Positions 34,726-46,084 of a stretch of 64,000 nt of DNA are shown piece by piece. The notes under the pieces are model-generated. The model had not been told where the DNA came from. It saw only the letters and a list, made by a program, of their open reading frames with translations, and searched no databases. This DNA comes from Planctomycetota bacterium (GTDB taxonomy: Bacteria > Planctomycetota > Phycisphaerae > Phycisphaerales > Phycisphaeraceae): positions 4,836 to 68,835 of the forward strand of contig JBCCYY010000010.1 in the NCBI GenBank assembly GCA_039188575.1, written 5' to 3'. Made by a program: the position numbers and the translations under genes. How positions within the stretch are numbered: the stretch's first letter is position 1; every line of letters begins with the position of its first letter.

Positions 34726-36075
34726 TCAGCGGTTACTGATACCGATCAACTCGGTATCAGTCCTCAGGACAATGTGCTTGTCCACAAACCCGACGCCGTA
34801 GACTTTGCCCTTGATCGATAGCTTGTTTTCGGTAATAACTTCTGCGGCAATACCGTTATCTTTGAGGACGACCGCGCTGCCATCGGTGCAGAAGAAGTAG
34901 AGGTGGCCGGTGCGTGTGTCCCAAACGGGCGAGGCCCAGACACCCTCGGGCAGGGCGTGCTGCCAGCGGCGGTCGCCGGTTGCTGGGTCGAGCGCCTCGA
35001 CGGCGCCAGGCTTGTTCACGAAGTACAACGCGTCGTCGGTCGCGAGCGGGGAGCCGAAGCCGGAGGGCCGGCCTCCGCCCTCCCAGGTGATGTGGGTGTT
35101 GCTGAGGTCCCCGATCCCGCCGCGCTCGATCGCGAGGTTGGATTTGGGCTCGGAGCTCGCGATGTAAACCGTATCTCGTGTGATGGTCGGCGATGGCACG
35201 AAGTTCTTCTCGACGCTACCGACCCGCCAGACGCGTTTGCCGGTCTCGGCGTCGAATGACTCGACCAGCGGGCTGATCGAGGTAACGATGCGCTGCCCGT
35301 GCGGCTGCTCATGCCCGCCTGGCGCATCAACCACGATGGGTGAGGCCCAGGACGTGCCGGCCTCGCGGTCGGTCTTCCAATTGTTCTTGCCGGTCTTTTT
35401 GTCGATCGCGAGCAGGTAGGACGGCCCACGGTGCGCGACGAGGACGATGATGGCATCTTCGGTCTGTGCGAGCGATGAGCCCAGGCCGTGGCCCTGCTCC
35501 TGCCGGCCGTACTGATCGAGGATCGATCGCGTCCAACGGGTGTTGCCATCATGGTCGAAGGCGACGAGGTCGCCCGATTCGAAGAAGGCGTAGAAGCCGG
35601 CCTCATCAGCGCAGCCGGTCGGCGCGGCCTGGGACACCATCATGGTGCGTTCTTGCGGGCAGCTGGAGTCGAAGCGTTTGATCCAGCGCACCTCGCCGGT
35701 CGCGAGGTCGTAGCAGGCCGCGGTGTTCTGTTCTTTGTTGTCGCCCTCGACGGAGGTGATGTAGACGCGGCCGTCGTACACAACGGGGCTTGACTGGCCG
35801 TAGCCCGGCAGCGTGATCCGCCAGGCGAGGCTGTTGTCGGACCATTGTGTTGGCAGGTTTGCAGCCGTGGTGTGCGAGGCCCCGTCGCCGCGGAAACCCG
35901 GCCAGCGGGTAACCGATTGGTTATCCACGGCGGCTGCGTTGCTCGCGGCTGGGGTCGCGTCTGTCGTAGCCTGCTTGACTATTGATTCGCGATCGGTTGA
36001 ACAGCCCGCGGTCAGCGCGATCAGAGAGAGCAGCGTTTGGCGACTTAGCAGCAACGTTCTGCGTTTTAAAGTCAC
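34726..36075 (-). CDS. PQQ-binding-like beta-propeller lipoprotein
   Basis: Lipobox LTAGC, WPGFRG, GQSSPVV, SWASP, VWASPV. Confidence 0.85.
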   Translation of the reverse strand: MTLKRRTLLLSRQTLLSLIALTAGCSTDRESIVKQATTDATPAASNAAAVDNQSVTRWPGFRGDGASHTTAANLPTQWSDNSLAWRITLPGYGQSSPVVYDGRVYITSVEGDNKEQNTAACYDLATGEVRWIKRFDSSCPQERTMMVSQAAPTGCADEAGFYAFFESGDLVAFDHDGNTRWTRSILDQYGRQEQGHGLGSSLAQTEDAIIVLVAHRGPSYLLAIDKKTGKNNWKTDREAGTSWASPIVVDAPGGHEQPHGQRIVTSISPLVESFDAETGKRVWRVGSVEKNFVPSPTITRDTVYIASSEPKSNLAIERGGIGDLSNTHITWEGGGRPSGFGSPLATDDALYFVNKPGAVEALDPATGDRRWQHALPEGVWASPVWDTRTGHLYFFCTDGSAVVLKDNGIAAEVITENKLSIKGKVYGVGFVDKHIVLRTDTELIGISNR

Positions 36076-36154
36076 GGGGAGGTTACTCCGGTTCGCAAGG
36101 AGCGTTGTTGATCCACATCTTTCGTTGTTGGCCGTCTCGACGCGGGTTGATTAG

Positions 36155-36751
36155 TCACGAACTCTTCCCCGCCTGCTCGGCAAGGAACGGCTTGCAGTCG
36201 ATCTCGGCGGCCGGGCTGGACAAGCGGATCAGCTGTTGTGGGCCAACGATTTGTGAGATCTCCTCTTCCGACTTGCCCGCGTCCGACGCGAGGTGCCTCG
36301 CGAAGGCTTCGGAGACCTCGATCTGCTCGAGTTTGCCCTCGACCACGGCAATCGAGCCGGACGCTTCGAGCGGCACCAGGCGCGTGTCGTCGATCGGGCA
36401 GACGAACTTGACGAACAGCACCCCGTTCTCTGGGGCATCTGGATCGCCCAGGGTCACCCAGCAGCCCTTGGGCTTGCAGACCTCGATGACGGTCCCCTGC
36501 ACGCGGATGAGCTTATCCTTGTAAGCCGAGAGGTCTTTGAGAACAACACCGACCGAGATGGCATCGGCCACGTCGCCCTGGATCTCCCCGCCGAACTGCG
36601 TCATCTCCGGCGGGAGGTTGCCGCCTTCGACGGGCGTCATGTTGTCGTACGGCTTGTCCGCTGTTTTTGCAGGACTGCTGCAGCCAACCAGAATTAGCAC
36701 CCCTAGTGAAAGGCAAAATGGGGTCAACAGACGGGAGCAATGGGTCATCAT
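36155..36751 (-). CDS. DUF4920-like lipoprotein (OB-fold)
   Basis: Lipobox ILVGC; VQGTVIEVCKPKGCWVTL...VKF..P....VP motif. Confidence 0.7.
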   Translation of the reverse strand: MMTHCSRLLTPFCLSLGVLILVGCSSPAKTADKPYDNMTPVEGGNLPPEMTQFGGEIQGDVADAISVGVVLKDLSAYKDKLIRVQGTVIEVCKPKGCWVTLGDPDAPENGVLFVKFVCPIDDTRLVPLEASGSIAVVEGKLEQIEVSEAFARHLASDAGKSEEEISQIVGPQQLIRLSSPAAEIDCKPFLAEQAGKSS

Positions 36752-36833
36752 GATGGGTTCTCCTGATCAAAAAGGTTTATTCAGTCAGCGTGATCATACA
36801 AAGCCAGGACGGATGTCATACGTACCGTGTAAG

Positions 36834-37682
36834 CTAATCTTCAACAAGCAGGTTCGTGAGAAGGAAGGCCTTGAATTCCTGGTGGTCGATGGTCTCCAAG
36901 GCATTGGTTTGTTCTCGGTAGAACCGCGTGACGAGGCTGTCTTTCTTCGGCTCGACATGCCCGTCGATGAAAGCGACCAGAAAGACGGACTGGTTCTCGT
37001 GTGCGTTGGTGTCGTAGCCCCAGCCGATCAGCAGATCGAGGAAGAGTGGGGCCTGGGTGGGGAACTCGCTCTGGCCATCCGGCCCGATCTTCGAGTCGAA
37101 GTTGTCGAGGGTTGTGTACAACCGGGGCCTTGGGCCGAACCCGTTCGTGCCCAGATCGAAGGCAGGGTTGTACATGTAGTTGCCACGGACGAGGAAGGTG
37201 CTGCCGTCGGCACCGGAGTCTGGGCCGGTGAGGCCGGCCTGCCCCACCTTGCCAAAGGGGTCTGGGAAGTAGCTCTTCTGCCAGAAGGGCGCATCCTGGC
37301 TGGGGCAGTAGAAAACTTCTGGGCTTGAGATATAGCCCTGTTCGATCAAACGGCCCTTGCCAACGTACTCGACGTTGTTGGCCGCAGGCCCAGCGGCGAT
37401 CCGGTAGGACAGGACCGGGCTGCCCAGCGTGTCGGGGACGACAGGCCCATCCGGGTCGTAGTGGCTCGGCAATCGGTCGCGGTTGTCGGATGCAAAGCTG
37501 GAGACCGCGATCACGAGTTGGCGCTGGTTCGACGAACAGGCCGATTGCCTGGCCGATTCGCGGACGCTCCCCAAGACAGGCAAGAGGATCGCGATCAGCA
37601 GGGCGATGATGCTGATCACCACGAGTAGTTCGATGAGCGTGAAGGCGGGTCGTGCGGGGATTGAGGGATCGGGGTACTTCAT
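36834..37682 (-). CDS. prepilin-type N-terminal cleavage/methylation protein (DUF1559-like)
   Basis: RPAFTLIELLVVISIIALLIAILLPVL; FYCPS; H...VAFIDGHVE. Confidence 0.9.
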   Translation of the reverse strand: MKYPDPSIPARPAFTLIELLVVISIIALLIAILLPVLGSVRESARQSACSSNQRQLVIAVSSFASDNRDRLPSHYDPDGPVVPDTLGSPVLSYRIAAGPAANNVEYVGKGRLIEQGYISSPEVFYCPSQDAPFWQKSYFPDPFGKVGQAGLTGPDSGADGSTFLVRGNYMYNPAFDLGTNGFGPRPRLYTTLDNFDSKIGPDGQSEFPTQAPLFLDLLIGWGYDTNAHENQSVFLVAFIDGHVEPKKDSLVTRFYREQTNALETIDHQEFKAFLLTNLLVED

Positions 37683-37780
37683 TTGAATTTGTGGTTGCAA
37701 CTCTATCTCAATTGATCTAGTATATTCTTGTTAGTCAGGTGTGTGTAGCCCTGAAGCCTCTTTTTATTGGAGAATTGATC

Positions 37781-38860
37781 ATGTTTAGTCGTTTTGCTTC
37801 CTCTCGTCGTTCATCTACTCTGCTCGGGACGGCGTTGGTCGCTGGCGTTGCGGCCTTGCCTGCAGTTGCTGACGAGTATGAGCAGATCTTTGCTTTAAGC
37901 GATATCAACCCATCTTCGCCAGATGCCGGGATTTTCGGTGTTGCATCGATCGGTGGGAATTTTGTATTTACGACCGCTTTTGGCGATGCGAATGAAAACG
38001 ACATTATCCAGGGCCCGCCATTTACAACCGTGATTGATAACAGTGGTGTTCTGATTGCGAATGGCAATGCGACTGGGATCGCAGGTGGTCAGTTTTATGC
38101 CAACTCAGCAACCACATCCGTATTCGTGGACACCAACTCGGACTCTATCTTTACACTCGATGTGCAAAATAACACACTGGTGCGTGAGAAATCCAACGCG
38201 GAAATTATCGCTTTTACAGGCCTGACCAGTTCGAGTCAGCAAATCGATCAAGGTGTGCTTGACTCCGATGGGAACCTGCTTTTTTACAACGGCAGTTCGG
38301 ACAGCATTATTTCCCTTTCGCCAGGCGGAACACTTTCGACTTTTGCGAGTGATAGCGACCTAACCAGCGGTATTGGTACCGACATTGTGCGGAGTATGGT
38401 CAGTGATACCGCGAATCAGATTTTGTACATCGGTAGTACAGCAACCGATGAGATCTATAGCCTTGATTACAGCGGCGATACGTTTGTTTACAGCACCGTG
38501 CTGGCAAACGCTGACCTTGAGGCATTTACCGGCTCGACCACCTTTGGGCCAAACAACCTTTTCTTTGCACCGGATGGCTTGGTCTATTTTTACGATAGCT
38601 CTTCTGATGGGATTTACAGCTTCGATCCCGGCGATGCGTTGAACTCACTTACACTTGTGATCGATGACGATGCCCTGATCGATGGCCCGGGCGGCACCGC
38701 TGTACTCGGTGGCCTCGTGTGGGTTGATGGTGAGATCGGCTGGTGGGTCTCTCGCACATTCAACGGGTCAGTGGCCGGCGTATACGCCATCCCCGAGCCG
38801 AGCTCGCTGGCACTTCTTGGCTTGGGCGGCCTGCTCGTGACTCGTCGGCGACGCGGCTAA
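37781..38860 (+). CDS. PEP-CTERM surface protein (beta-propeller-like repeats)
   Basis: SD GGAG, signal peptide, LFAPDGLVYFYDSSSDGI-type repeats, AIPEPSSLALLGLGGLLVTRRRRG. Confidence 0.9.
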   Translation: MFSRFASSRRSSTLLGTALVAGVAALPAVADEYEQIFALSDINPSSPDAGIFGVASIGGNFVFTTAFGDANENDIIQGPPFTTVIDNSGVLIANGNATGIAGGQFYANSATTSVFVDTNSDSIFTLDVQNNTLVREKSNAEIIAFTGLTSSSQQIDQGVLDSDGNLLFYNGSSDSIISLSPGGTLSTFASDSDLTSGIGTDIVRSMVSDTANQILYIGSTATDEIYSLDYSGDTFVYSTVLANADLEAFTGSTTFGPNNLFFAPDGLVYFYDSSSDGIYSFDPGDALNSLTLVIDDDALIDGPGGTAVLGGLVWVDGEIGWWVSRTFNGSVAGVYAIPEPSSLALLGLGGLLVTRRRRG

Positions 38861-38890
38861 GACATCACGCGGGACTAGTGTGAAGAAATC

Positions 38891-38922
38891 AACGCCATGC
38901 ATTTTTTGCGTATGGCGTTTTT
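38891..38922 (+). terminator. probable intrinsic terminator
   Basis: AACGCCAT...ATGGCGTT stem followed by a T run, 30 nt after the PEP-CTERM stop. Confidence 0.5.
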
Positions 38923-39280
38923 AATTCTCAACGCGGTGTAATTTTGTCGCCTCGATCAGCTCGAGCATCGCCTTTCCCATCGCCTCGCCGATGAGCCAGT
39001 TGCCCTCGCCGTTGGCCATCCAGTGGGTCTGGGTGCCCCGGTCGCCGTGCGTTTCGCGTGGTCGCCAGATGTCGCGGGTCTCGGCGGTGATGGTATTGCC
39101 CCTGAATGCCTCCATCTTCGGAATGGCGAGCTGCGTTTTGGCCAGCTTCTTCATGCCGTTGATGTCGGCGTTGCGGTAGTTGTCTGAGATCTGCTGATTC
39201 TCTTTGAGTTCGGTGTCGTCCCGGCCCCCGGTTGCCGTGCCGGTGACGCCGATGCTGACGAGCATGTCCGACGCATCGAC
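38921..39280 (-). pseudogene. C-terminal fragment of an SGNH/sialate O-acetylesterase (SASA)-family protein
   Basis: DASDMLVSIG...KTQLAI...FRGNT.T.ETRDIWRP...THWMANGEGNWLIGEAMGKAMLELI. It lacks the GQSN N-terminus and a signal peptide; similarity stops near a C9 run at 39305-39313. Confidence 0.65.
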
Positions 39281-39339
39281 GGGCGATAGCCGAATGCGAT
39301 TGTGCCCCCCCCCTGTACGCGTGGGCCGCAGCGGGCTTG

Positions 39340-41235
39340 CTATTCATTGTTTAGCTTGGTTCTATTCTTCTCCCACCACTGCTTCCAGAGCTTGGCATCG
39401 GTTCCGTAGGCCCTGCGTGCGATGGGTTGCAGGGCGAGGCCCGCGGCGTCGGCGACGGCGGGGTCGGGGTCGTCCAGCAGCGCGACGAGATCGCCAGCGA
39501 TTGCCGGCGATCTGTGCCGTTCGAGCGATGAAAGCATGGCGAGGCGCAACCCGGTTGGTCTGCTCCGGTCTTTTGCGGCCTTAAGGACAGCAGGGATCGC
39601 TGGCTCACCGATCCGCCAGAGCGCTTTGCTTATGTTGCCGGCGTAGTGTTGCGCGTCGATATCGAGATGATCAGCGATATATGCGATCAGCGGCTGGATC
39701 GCCGGCCCGTACTGCATCTGCCCCAGCGCATCGATCAGGGGGTAGACCGGCTCGTTCCGCTTGAGGAACAGGTCGAGCATCGCTTTGCTTCCGCGATCGT
39801 CTCCAAGTTCGGCGAGGATCGGGGCGACCCACCTGCGGTAGCGCTCGTCTGCCACCGCGGCGACCAGGACCCCCGCCGCGCGCTCGTCCCCAAGCCGACC
39901 CAGCGCAGCGGCAGCGAGCAGGCGCCGGGGCAGTTCGCCCTGCCGGTGGTCTTCTTTCAGTTCGAGGAGCGGCGTGAGTGCTTCGATCACGTGCTTGCGG
40001 GCCGCGTCTCCTTTGGCCGCGCTGAGGACATCAAACGCCGAAAGGCGCACTTTGTGATCGTTGCTCTCGATAAGTGGCTCGGCGGCCCGCACCGCTTCTA
40101 GCGCGGTTTCTTCTACGGCGGCGAGGTGCTTGAGTGATCGCAAGGCTTCGCGCTTTGCATGATTTGAACTGGCTTTCTCAAGATGCTCAAGTGTCGGGTC
40201 GAGTGCTTCGGGCTGCTGAAGGCGGGCCGACAGCTTCAAGGCGATCTCGCGGAATGCTGGGTTGGGGTGCTGCTTGACCTCGTTGACGCCCGCCCCCGCG
40301 TACATGGCGACGACCAAGCGTTCTGCGCCGCGAGCACGCCCGCCCCGCTCGGCGATCTCGGTCAGGGTGTTCAGCGCCCACCGCGCTTCAGCGATATCCT
40401 TCGTGCTCCAAAGCCTTTCATTGATCGCGTTGATGGCGTCCCCGGACACCGGCCCCATCTCGCCCAGCGTTCGGTATGCGAACCGTCTTTGACGCGTCGT
40501 CCCGCTCTTGAGTACCTCGATGAGCGGGTCGATCACCGCGGAGGCATAGCTGGCCAGCGCTTTTGACGCGGCGTAGGCGACCGTGTCTTCGTCGGCATCG
40601 AGCGCGAGGATGAGGTTGGGGATCGCCCTGGCCGCCGGGCCGCGTGGCTGGATCGCGTCGATTGTCTGGATCGCGCGCACCTGGACCCCGGTGTCTTCGT
40701 GCGAGAGCAGGGCGATCAGTTCGTTAATCGCTTTGTCCGTGCCGAACATCATCGCTGTGCCCGCGAAAAAGGGCTCGAGTGTCCCGTTCGCCGCCGCGGC
40801 GACGATGGCAGAGCGGCCGTCATCCCCCATCTTGGCCAGGGCATCTGCCGCGTTAGCGCGTCGCTGCTTCGACTCGGAGCCGAGCGCTTGCTTCAAAGAT
40901 TCAAACGCAGGCTGTCCGATGGCGACCAGTGCTTTGACCGCGGCGTGGGAGGGGAAGGTGTACCGCCGTTCATCGACGAATACTTTTTCGAAATCATCCA
41001 GCCGGTCGATCAGGTGCGGGACGAGATCGGCCACGCTTTGTTTGTGCTCTGCTGCCGCCTCGATCGCCAGGATCCGTTTGGCGGGGTCTTCATGCCGAAT
41101 CTCTTGGATCAGCTGTTCGAGGCCGAGGTTCTTAAGTTCATCTTCCTCCGCGGACGCAGGCAGGTAGAAGCTGGACAAGAGTGCGACCAGCGCGATCAGG
41201 GAAATGAGGTACCTGGTTCTGCGTTCGGTTTGCAT
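39340..41235 (-). CDS. secreted HEAT/PBS-lyase repeat protein
   Basis: Signal peptide; repeated RRANAADALAKMG, AAAALGRLGDERA, LIDALGQMQY helices. Confidence 0.8.
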   Translation of the reverse strand: MQTERRTRYLISLIALVALLSSFYLPASAEEDELKNLGLEQLIQEIRHEDPAKRILAIEAAAEHKQSVADLVPHLIDRLDDFEKVFVDERRYTFPSHAAVKALVAIGQPAFESLKQALGSESKQRRANAADALAKMGDDGRSAIVAAAANGTLEPFFAGTAMMFGTDKAINELIALLSHEDTGVQVRAIQTIDAIQPRGPAARAIPNLILALDADEDTVAYAASKALASYASAVIDPLIEVLKSGTTRQRRFAYRTLGEMGPVSGDAINAINERLWSTKDIAEARWALNTLTEIAERGGRARGAERLVVAMYAGAGVNEVKQHPNPAFREIALKLSARLQQPEALDPTLEHLEKASSNHAKREALRSLKHLAAVEETALEAVRAAEPLIESNDHKVRLSAFDVLSAAKGDAARKHVIEALTPLLELKEDHRQGELPRRLLAAAALGRLGDERAAGVLVAAVADERYRRWVAPILAELGDDRGSKAMLDLFLKRNEPVYPLIDALGQMQYGPAIQPLIAYIADHLDIDAQHYAGNISKALWRIGEPAIPAVLKAAKDRSRPTGLRLAMLSSLERHRSPAIAGDLVALLDDPDPAVADAAGLALQPIARRAYGTDAKLWKQWWEKNRTKLNNE

Positions 41236-41323
41236 GACTGTATCCCGGCTTTGTGATCAAGTTGGCAACAACGAAGCGTCATACTACGACGGCGGGTTCA
41301 GTCTTGTTGGTCATTTTGAGTGG

Positions 41324-43978
41324 TTAGTCGCTTGATTCGACGGTGCGGTATAGGAACGCGTCCGATGTCAGCAGGGAGGTGATCAGTGCGTTTATGCTGC
41401 CGCCGGATTCTTTGTAGGCGCGGTGGGCGTCCCGCAGGACTGGGGCGTCGTTGAGGGTTTCGTTGCGGCCCATCCAGAAGCGGAAGGCGTGGCGGACGAA
41501 GACCTGCTCGGCGCGTTCGCTGTTGGCGAGGCGTTCGATGAGTTCGATGGCGTTGGCGACCTCGCCGTCAAGTTCGGGGACGCCGGACTCGATGACCGCC
41601 CCGGTCGTATCGACGGGCTGGCCGAGTTCCTCGGTGCGGTACAGGCCCGCGTGGTTGTACATCTCGAAGGGCAGGCCCAGCGGGTCCATCTTCTTGTGGC
41701 AGGTCCAGCAGTAGGCCTCCTGCGTGACGCGCATCCGCTCGCGGAGGGTCTTGTTCGGCTCGTCGGGGAGCATCGCATCGACCGTGATCGGGACATCGGG
41801 CACCGCGCCGCCGATGAGCCGCTTCTGGATCCATAGCCCGCGGTGGATGGCGTGGTTGTCCATCGCGTCGGAGTGTGAGACGAGCCAGCTGGGGTGGGTG
41901 AGGATGCCCAGGCGTTGTCCCTCGGGCGCGGTGGCGAGGACGCGGTCGGGCTTGAGCGAGCTGTTACCAAAGCTCTTGTGCGAGACGCGGGCGTAGATCT
42001 TCGGGCCGTCGAGGATGGCCTGGGTGACCTTGGCGTTCTGCCGCGCCTGCGCTTGCTTGTGCAGCCGGTTCAATTCGTTCTGCTTGTTCTCTACCTTCTT
42101 TTTGAGCTTACGGTCATCGGGATTGAGCTTTAGCGCCTCCGATAGCTCGAACATCTCTTGTGCGACTTCCTGGTACTTCTTGGTCGGCTCGGTGGCCTGC
42201 TCCGCTTCCTTCATCTGAGCCCGAGAGCGCCGCTCGCCGAAGTAGATGTTGTCCGCCTTGGTGGCGACGACCTTGTCGGTGGTGAGCAGCTGCCGGAGCA
42301 CATCCTTGTCCTCTTCGAGGATCAGTTCGATAAGCCGATCGGTACTGGCGGTCGCATCGAACATCGCGCGGAAGTGGGTGACACCGCGGGTTGAGACGCC
42401 GGTATCGGCCAGAGCCTTCGTGTCCTTGCAGATGTACCCGCCGAGGTCGTGGTCGAAGTAATCCCGGAAGAACTGTAAGACGCGGGGCTTGCGGATACTG
42501 TCGTCGGCGAGCATGCGCTCGACCTCGCGCTGCACATCCACGCGGGTCTGCATGCGTCCATCGAGGATTGCCTGCTTGAGCGTTTCGTCCGGCTTGATAT
42601 AGCGGAGCGCGTGGTTGACCGCCAGGCCGAGCTCCCAGTCCTGCAGCATGACCCGGCCGTACTCATCCGGCTCACCGTAGTCCACGAGCTCTGGGCGGAA
42701 CAGCGCATCGCGGTCGAGGAAGATCGCGGACAGGCCGAGCATCACGCCGTCTTCTTTGCCGAGCTTATCGACCGACTGCTTGACGATCTGGAGGTACTCG
42801 TCCGATTCGTCCAGCGTCGGCGGGCGGAAGGTGAGCGATTCGAAGAGGTCATCGACCGCCGCACGGAGGCGCGCTGCGTCAACGCCATCTTCTTTCATGA
42901 GCTCATAGACCGGCGTGAGCGGGCGGACGACCTTGGTGCTATACACCAGCGCGGTGGGCAGGCCGCGGATATCGCCCTGGAATGGGTAGCTCTTGGGGTC
43001 GTCGGTGATCTGCTCCGGGTTCGCGATGCTCAGCGGGCCGTACGCCATGTAGCGCAGCACGTCGTCGGCGACGCTGAGAATCTGCGTCGCTTCCGCGCTG
43101 TTGACGGTGTAGAAGTCGGGGTAGTTTTCCAGGCCGTGGTTCTTCGCGGTGGATAGCACGGCCGGGACGCTCTTGACCGAGGTGGCGTACGCAACCGTGC
43201 CGCCTTGCCACTTGGTGATGCGATCAACGCCGAAATACATCTTGAGTTCGCCGCCGTGATTGGTGGGGACCGCGTCGCCCTTAGTACGCAGGCCGGGCTT
43301 TTGCGGGTTGAACGCGGGCTCGGAGTTGATCAGTTCGTTGAGCCGGGTGATATGCTCCTGCGGGGTAACGCGCCAGAGCCTGGCGGGCGACGACGTCGGG
43401 GCCAGCTCGATCCCTTCGGGCAGCTCGCCGAACAGCAGGTCGTGGCTGACGAAGTTGCCCTTGCCCGGGTCCAGGTGGGCGGTGAATCCGCCTTTGTCAT
43501 GCATAACGCGATGGAGCTCGGCGACGATCCAGTCGGCCATCTGCAGCCGCTCGATCACCTCGGGCTGGGGCCTTTTCTTTGGCGGCATCTCCTGCAGCGC
43601 AACCTGCGCCCAGACCGACTTCCACAGCGCGGCGTTGGTCTCATCGACTGGGCCGAGCTCTTCCAGCGACAGGTTGCCTTTCTTCGTCTCACTGTTGTGG
43701 CAGTCGATGCAGTAGTCTGCGATAAAGGGCTGCGCGAAGTCTGCGTGGACCCTGTCGATCTTCTGCCCCGGGGTGTAGGTTTGCTTGGTGTCCTCGGCGT
43801 GAGATGTAAGTCCGAAAACACCGCAAAGTGTGGCGGTGAGAAGGTGAAGGACAAGGTGGGGCGGGCGTCTCGCCTGCCGTTGGGCGCGGCCCAAGTCACC
43901 CGCCACTCGTGTGTGAGCCACGACGAAAGGCGGGACGCCTATCCCACCGGGGGCGGCCGCGAAGACAACCCCGATCAT
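41324..43978 (-). CDS. DUF1592/DUF1588 (PSD) protein with planctomycete cytochrome c domain
   Basis: YCIDCH heme motif, [67 protein letters not shown]. Start placed at the ATG overlapping the DUF1552 stop. Confidence 0.85.
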   Translation of the reverse strand: MIGVVFAAAPGGIGVPPFVVAHTRVAGDLGRAQRQARRPPHLVLHLLTATLCGVFGLTSHAEDTKQTYTPGQKIDRVHADFAQPFIADYCIDCHNSETKKGNLSLEELGPVDETNAALWKSVWAQVALQEMPPKKRPQPEVIERLQMADWIVAELHRVMHDKGGFTAHLDPGKGNFVSHDLLFGELPEGIELAPTSSPARLWRVTPQEHITRLNELINSEPAFNPQKPGLRTKGDAVPTNHGGELKMYFGVDRITKWQGGTVAYATSVKSVPAVLSTAKNHGLENYPDFYTVNSAEATQILSVADDVLRYMAYGPLSIANPEQITDDPKSYPFQGDIRGLPTALVYSTKVVRPLTPVYELMKEDGVDAARLRAAVDDLFESLTFRPPTLDESDEYLQIVKQSVDKLGKEDGVMLGLSAIFLDRDALFRPELVDYGEPDEYGRVMLQDWELGLAVNHALRYIKPDETLKQAILDGRMQTRVDVQREVERMLADDSIRKPRVLQFFRDYFDHDLGGYICKDTKALADTGVSTRGVTHFRAMFDATASTDRLIELILEEDKDVLRQLLTTDKVVATKADNIYFGERRSRAQMKEAEQATEPTKKYQEVAQEMFELSEALKLNPDDRKLKKKVENKQNELNRLHKQAQARQNAKVTQAILDGPKIYARVSHKSFGNSSLKPDRVLATAPEGQRLGILTHPSWLVSHSDAMDNHAIHRGLWIQKRLIGGAVPDVPITVDAMLPDEPNKTLRERMRVTQEAYCWTCHKKMDPLGLPFEMYNHAGLYRTEELGQPVDTTGAVIESGVPELDGEVANAIELIERLANSERAEQVFVRHAFRFWMGRNETLNDAPVLRDAHRAYKESGGSINALITSLLTSDAFLYRTVESSD

Positions 43979-45309
43979 GCCAGCAGTTCCTTGATCGGCC
44001 CGGACCCGTCGTCGTACTTCTTGGCCAGCTGCTCGCTCATGTTGAAGCGGTCGCACTTCTTGCCCGCGGCGAGGAGGAGGGTTGCGTAGAACGCGTTGAG
44101 CGGGCGCTTGCCATTGAGCTGTGTGAACCGGCCGGTCTTGAACGCGCCGTCGAAGTCGCCAAGCAGCATGACGGGCCAGTTCGCGCCGTTGGTGTGCTGC
44201 TTGTCTGCGTTGTTGCTGGTGTACACGATGAGCGTGTGGTCCATCATCGTCCCGCTGCCCTCGGGGATGCTTTCCAGCGCCTCTATAATCCGTACGAGCA
44301 TGTCGCAGTTGTACTGCCGGATCTTGATCCAGATCGGGTTGTCCGGCTGCTTCATGTGGCCGAGGTTGTGGCCCTGCTGCTCGATGCCCAAACCCTTCCA
44401 GGCGCCGAAGATCTCGCCCCGGCCTGAGCCGATCGTCAGCGTGTTCGTGATCCCTGAAGTCAGCGCCGAGATGCCCAATTCGAGCAGCGCATCGTGCCAG
44501 TCCGTTTCATAATCAGGCGTCGTGTAGCGGTCGTCCACCTTCGGTGCGAACTGCTTGAGGTGATCGGCGATCTTGCTGAGCTTGCCCTGCAAGGCATTGA
44601 CATCAGTCAGACACTGGATGTACTGGCCGTAGCGTTGCGCATCGGCACCGGGCAGGGCGGTTCCCTTCGCAGAGGCAAGACCCTCAATCTGCTGCATCAG
44701 GTGTGTGCGGGCCTCGTGCTGCTGTCGGATGGCGCCGGTCGCGATCCCGCCGTACAGCATCTGGAACAGGTGGTTCGGGTTGGAGTGCATGAAGATCGGC
44801 TGGCCGGCCCCGCTCGCGGAGAGGTTGGCGACGGTGGGCTTGCTGCGCATGTTCTCGATCGAGTCCATCCCGATACAGAGATGCGGCAGCAGCGTCTCGG
44901 GCAGCACCCGGCTGATCTCGTGATCGATCGTCGCCGCGGAAGGGGGCACGCCGTCGCCGCCGCGGTACCCGCCCAGCGCCCCGAAGAAAGCGGAATGCGA
45001 CGGGCTGGTGTGGACGCCGTGCAGCCCGTTGATGATGTGCAGCCGCTCCTTGTGGGGCTCAAGCGCTTCGATCGGCTCGGGCAGCTTCTCCTTGGCCAGC
45101 GACCCACCGTTGACCATCCCGCTCGGGATACAGGTCTTCGGATCGAAGCCCTGGTTCTGCAGGAAGAAGACCACCCGCTTAGGCGAGGCCCCGGAAAGAC
45201 CCGCCAGTGCGACGTTCGGCAGCGCCAGGCCGCTCAACAAAGATGGCACAAGCCCGGCCGCGATCCCGCTGCCAAACATCCCCCGGAGCATGTTTCTGCG
45301 GTTCATCAT
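43975..45309 (-). CDS. DUF1552 domain protein with Tat signal
   Basis: [10 protein letters not shown] twin-arginine; [39 protein letters not shown]. Confidence 0.9.
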   Translation of the reverse strand: MMNRRNMLRGMFGSGIAAGLVPSLLSGLALPNVALAGLSGASPKRVVFFLQNQGFDPKTCIPSGMVNGGSLAKEKLPEPIEALEPHKERLHIINGLHGVHTSPSHSAFFGALGGYRGGDGVPPSAATIDHEISRVLPETLLPHLCIGMDSIENMRSKPTVANLSASGAGQPIFMHSNPNHLFQMLYGGIATGAIRQQHEARTHLMQQIEGLASAKGTALPGADAQRYGQYIQCLTDVNALQGKLSKIADHLKQFAPKVDDRYTTPDYETDWHDALLELGISALTSGITNTLTIGSGRGEIFGAWKGLGIEQQGHNLGHMKQPDNPIWIKIRQYNCDMLVRIIEALESIPEGSGTMMDHTLIVYTSNNADKQHTNGANWPVMLLGDFDGAFKTGRFTQLNGKRPLNAFYATLLLAAGKKCDRFNMSEQLAKKYDDGSGPIKELLA

Positions 45310-45544
45310 GAGCCAGATTCCTTCATGCCTATGCTATCCCGACGCCAGATATCCTCGGGTCATTGCGGCATTTGCGCAACATTTTTGTCTTATCTCCGAC
45401 AACAAGCTGCGTTAACGGCCAAACCTGCCGCTGAATCAGCATTTCTCGCAGGATGGCTGTTTTCTTCGTAACGCCTCGGCCCGACGCGCAGATTAACAAT
45501 AAGAGGTTCTTTCTCCTTTCACTTCCCGCAGGATTCAACGCCGC

Positions 45545-46084
45545 ATGACGCGCCCCACGCAGGAACAATCCGAGCAGCTCGCCGTGCTCTGGACCCAGGC
45601 CCAGCCGGTCGTCTCGGCGTATATCCGCACGCTCCTGCCCGACTACCACCAGTCCGAGGAGGTGCTCCAGCGAGTCGCCGTCACCCTGGTCCGCAAGTTC
45701 GAGGCCTACGACCCCGCCCGCCCGTTTGTCCCCTGGGCGATCGGCTTCGCCCGGTTCGAGGTCCTCCGCTACCGCCGGGACCACGCGACCGACCGCCACC
45801 GGTTCGAGTCGGACATTATCGAGCAGGTCGCCGAGCTCTACCAATCCGAAGACATCGACTTCGCCGGCTGGCGCGAGGCCCTGCGCACGTGCGTCGGCAA
45901 GCTGCAGGGCCGCAACCGCGAGGTCCTCCAACTCCGCTATACCCAGGACCAGAGCCCGACAGACATCGGCAAAGAGATGAACATGTCGTCCAACGCGGTC
46001 CGACAGCTGCTGCACCGAATCCGCGCGTCGCTGCGTCAGTGCATCGAGCGTGCCATCGTCGGGAAGGGAGCCGGCCGTGAGTGA
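45545..46084 (+). CDS. ECF sigma-70 factor (Rhodopirellula/Verrucomicrobium type)
   Basis: LWTQAQPVVSAYI..L.PD.HQSEEVLQ, YDPARPFVPWA.G.AR, CVGKL..R.R.VL.LRY, V...LHRIR.SLRQCI. Confidence 0.9.
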   Translation: MTRPTQEQSEQLAVLWTQAQPVVSAYIRTLLPDYHQSEEVLQRVAVTLVRKFEAYDPARPFVPWAIGFARFEVLRYRRDHATDRHRFESDIIEQVAELYQSEDIDFAGWREALRTCVGKLQGRNREVLQLRYTQDQSPTDIGKEMNMSSNAVRQLLHRIRASLRQCIERAIVGKGAGRE

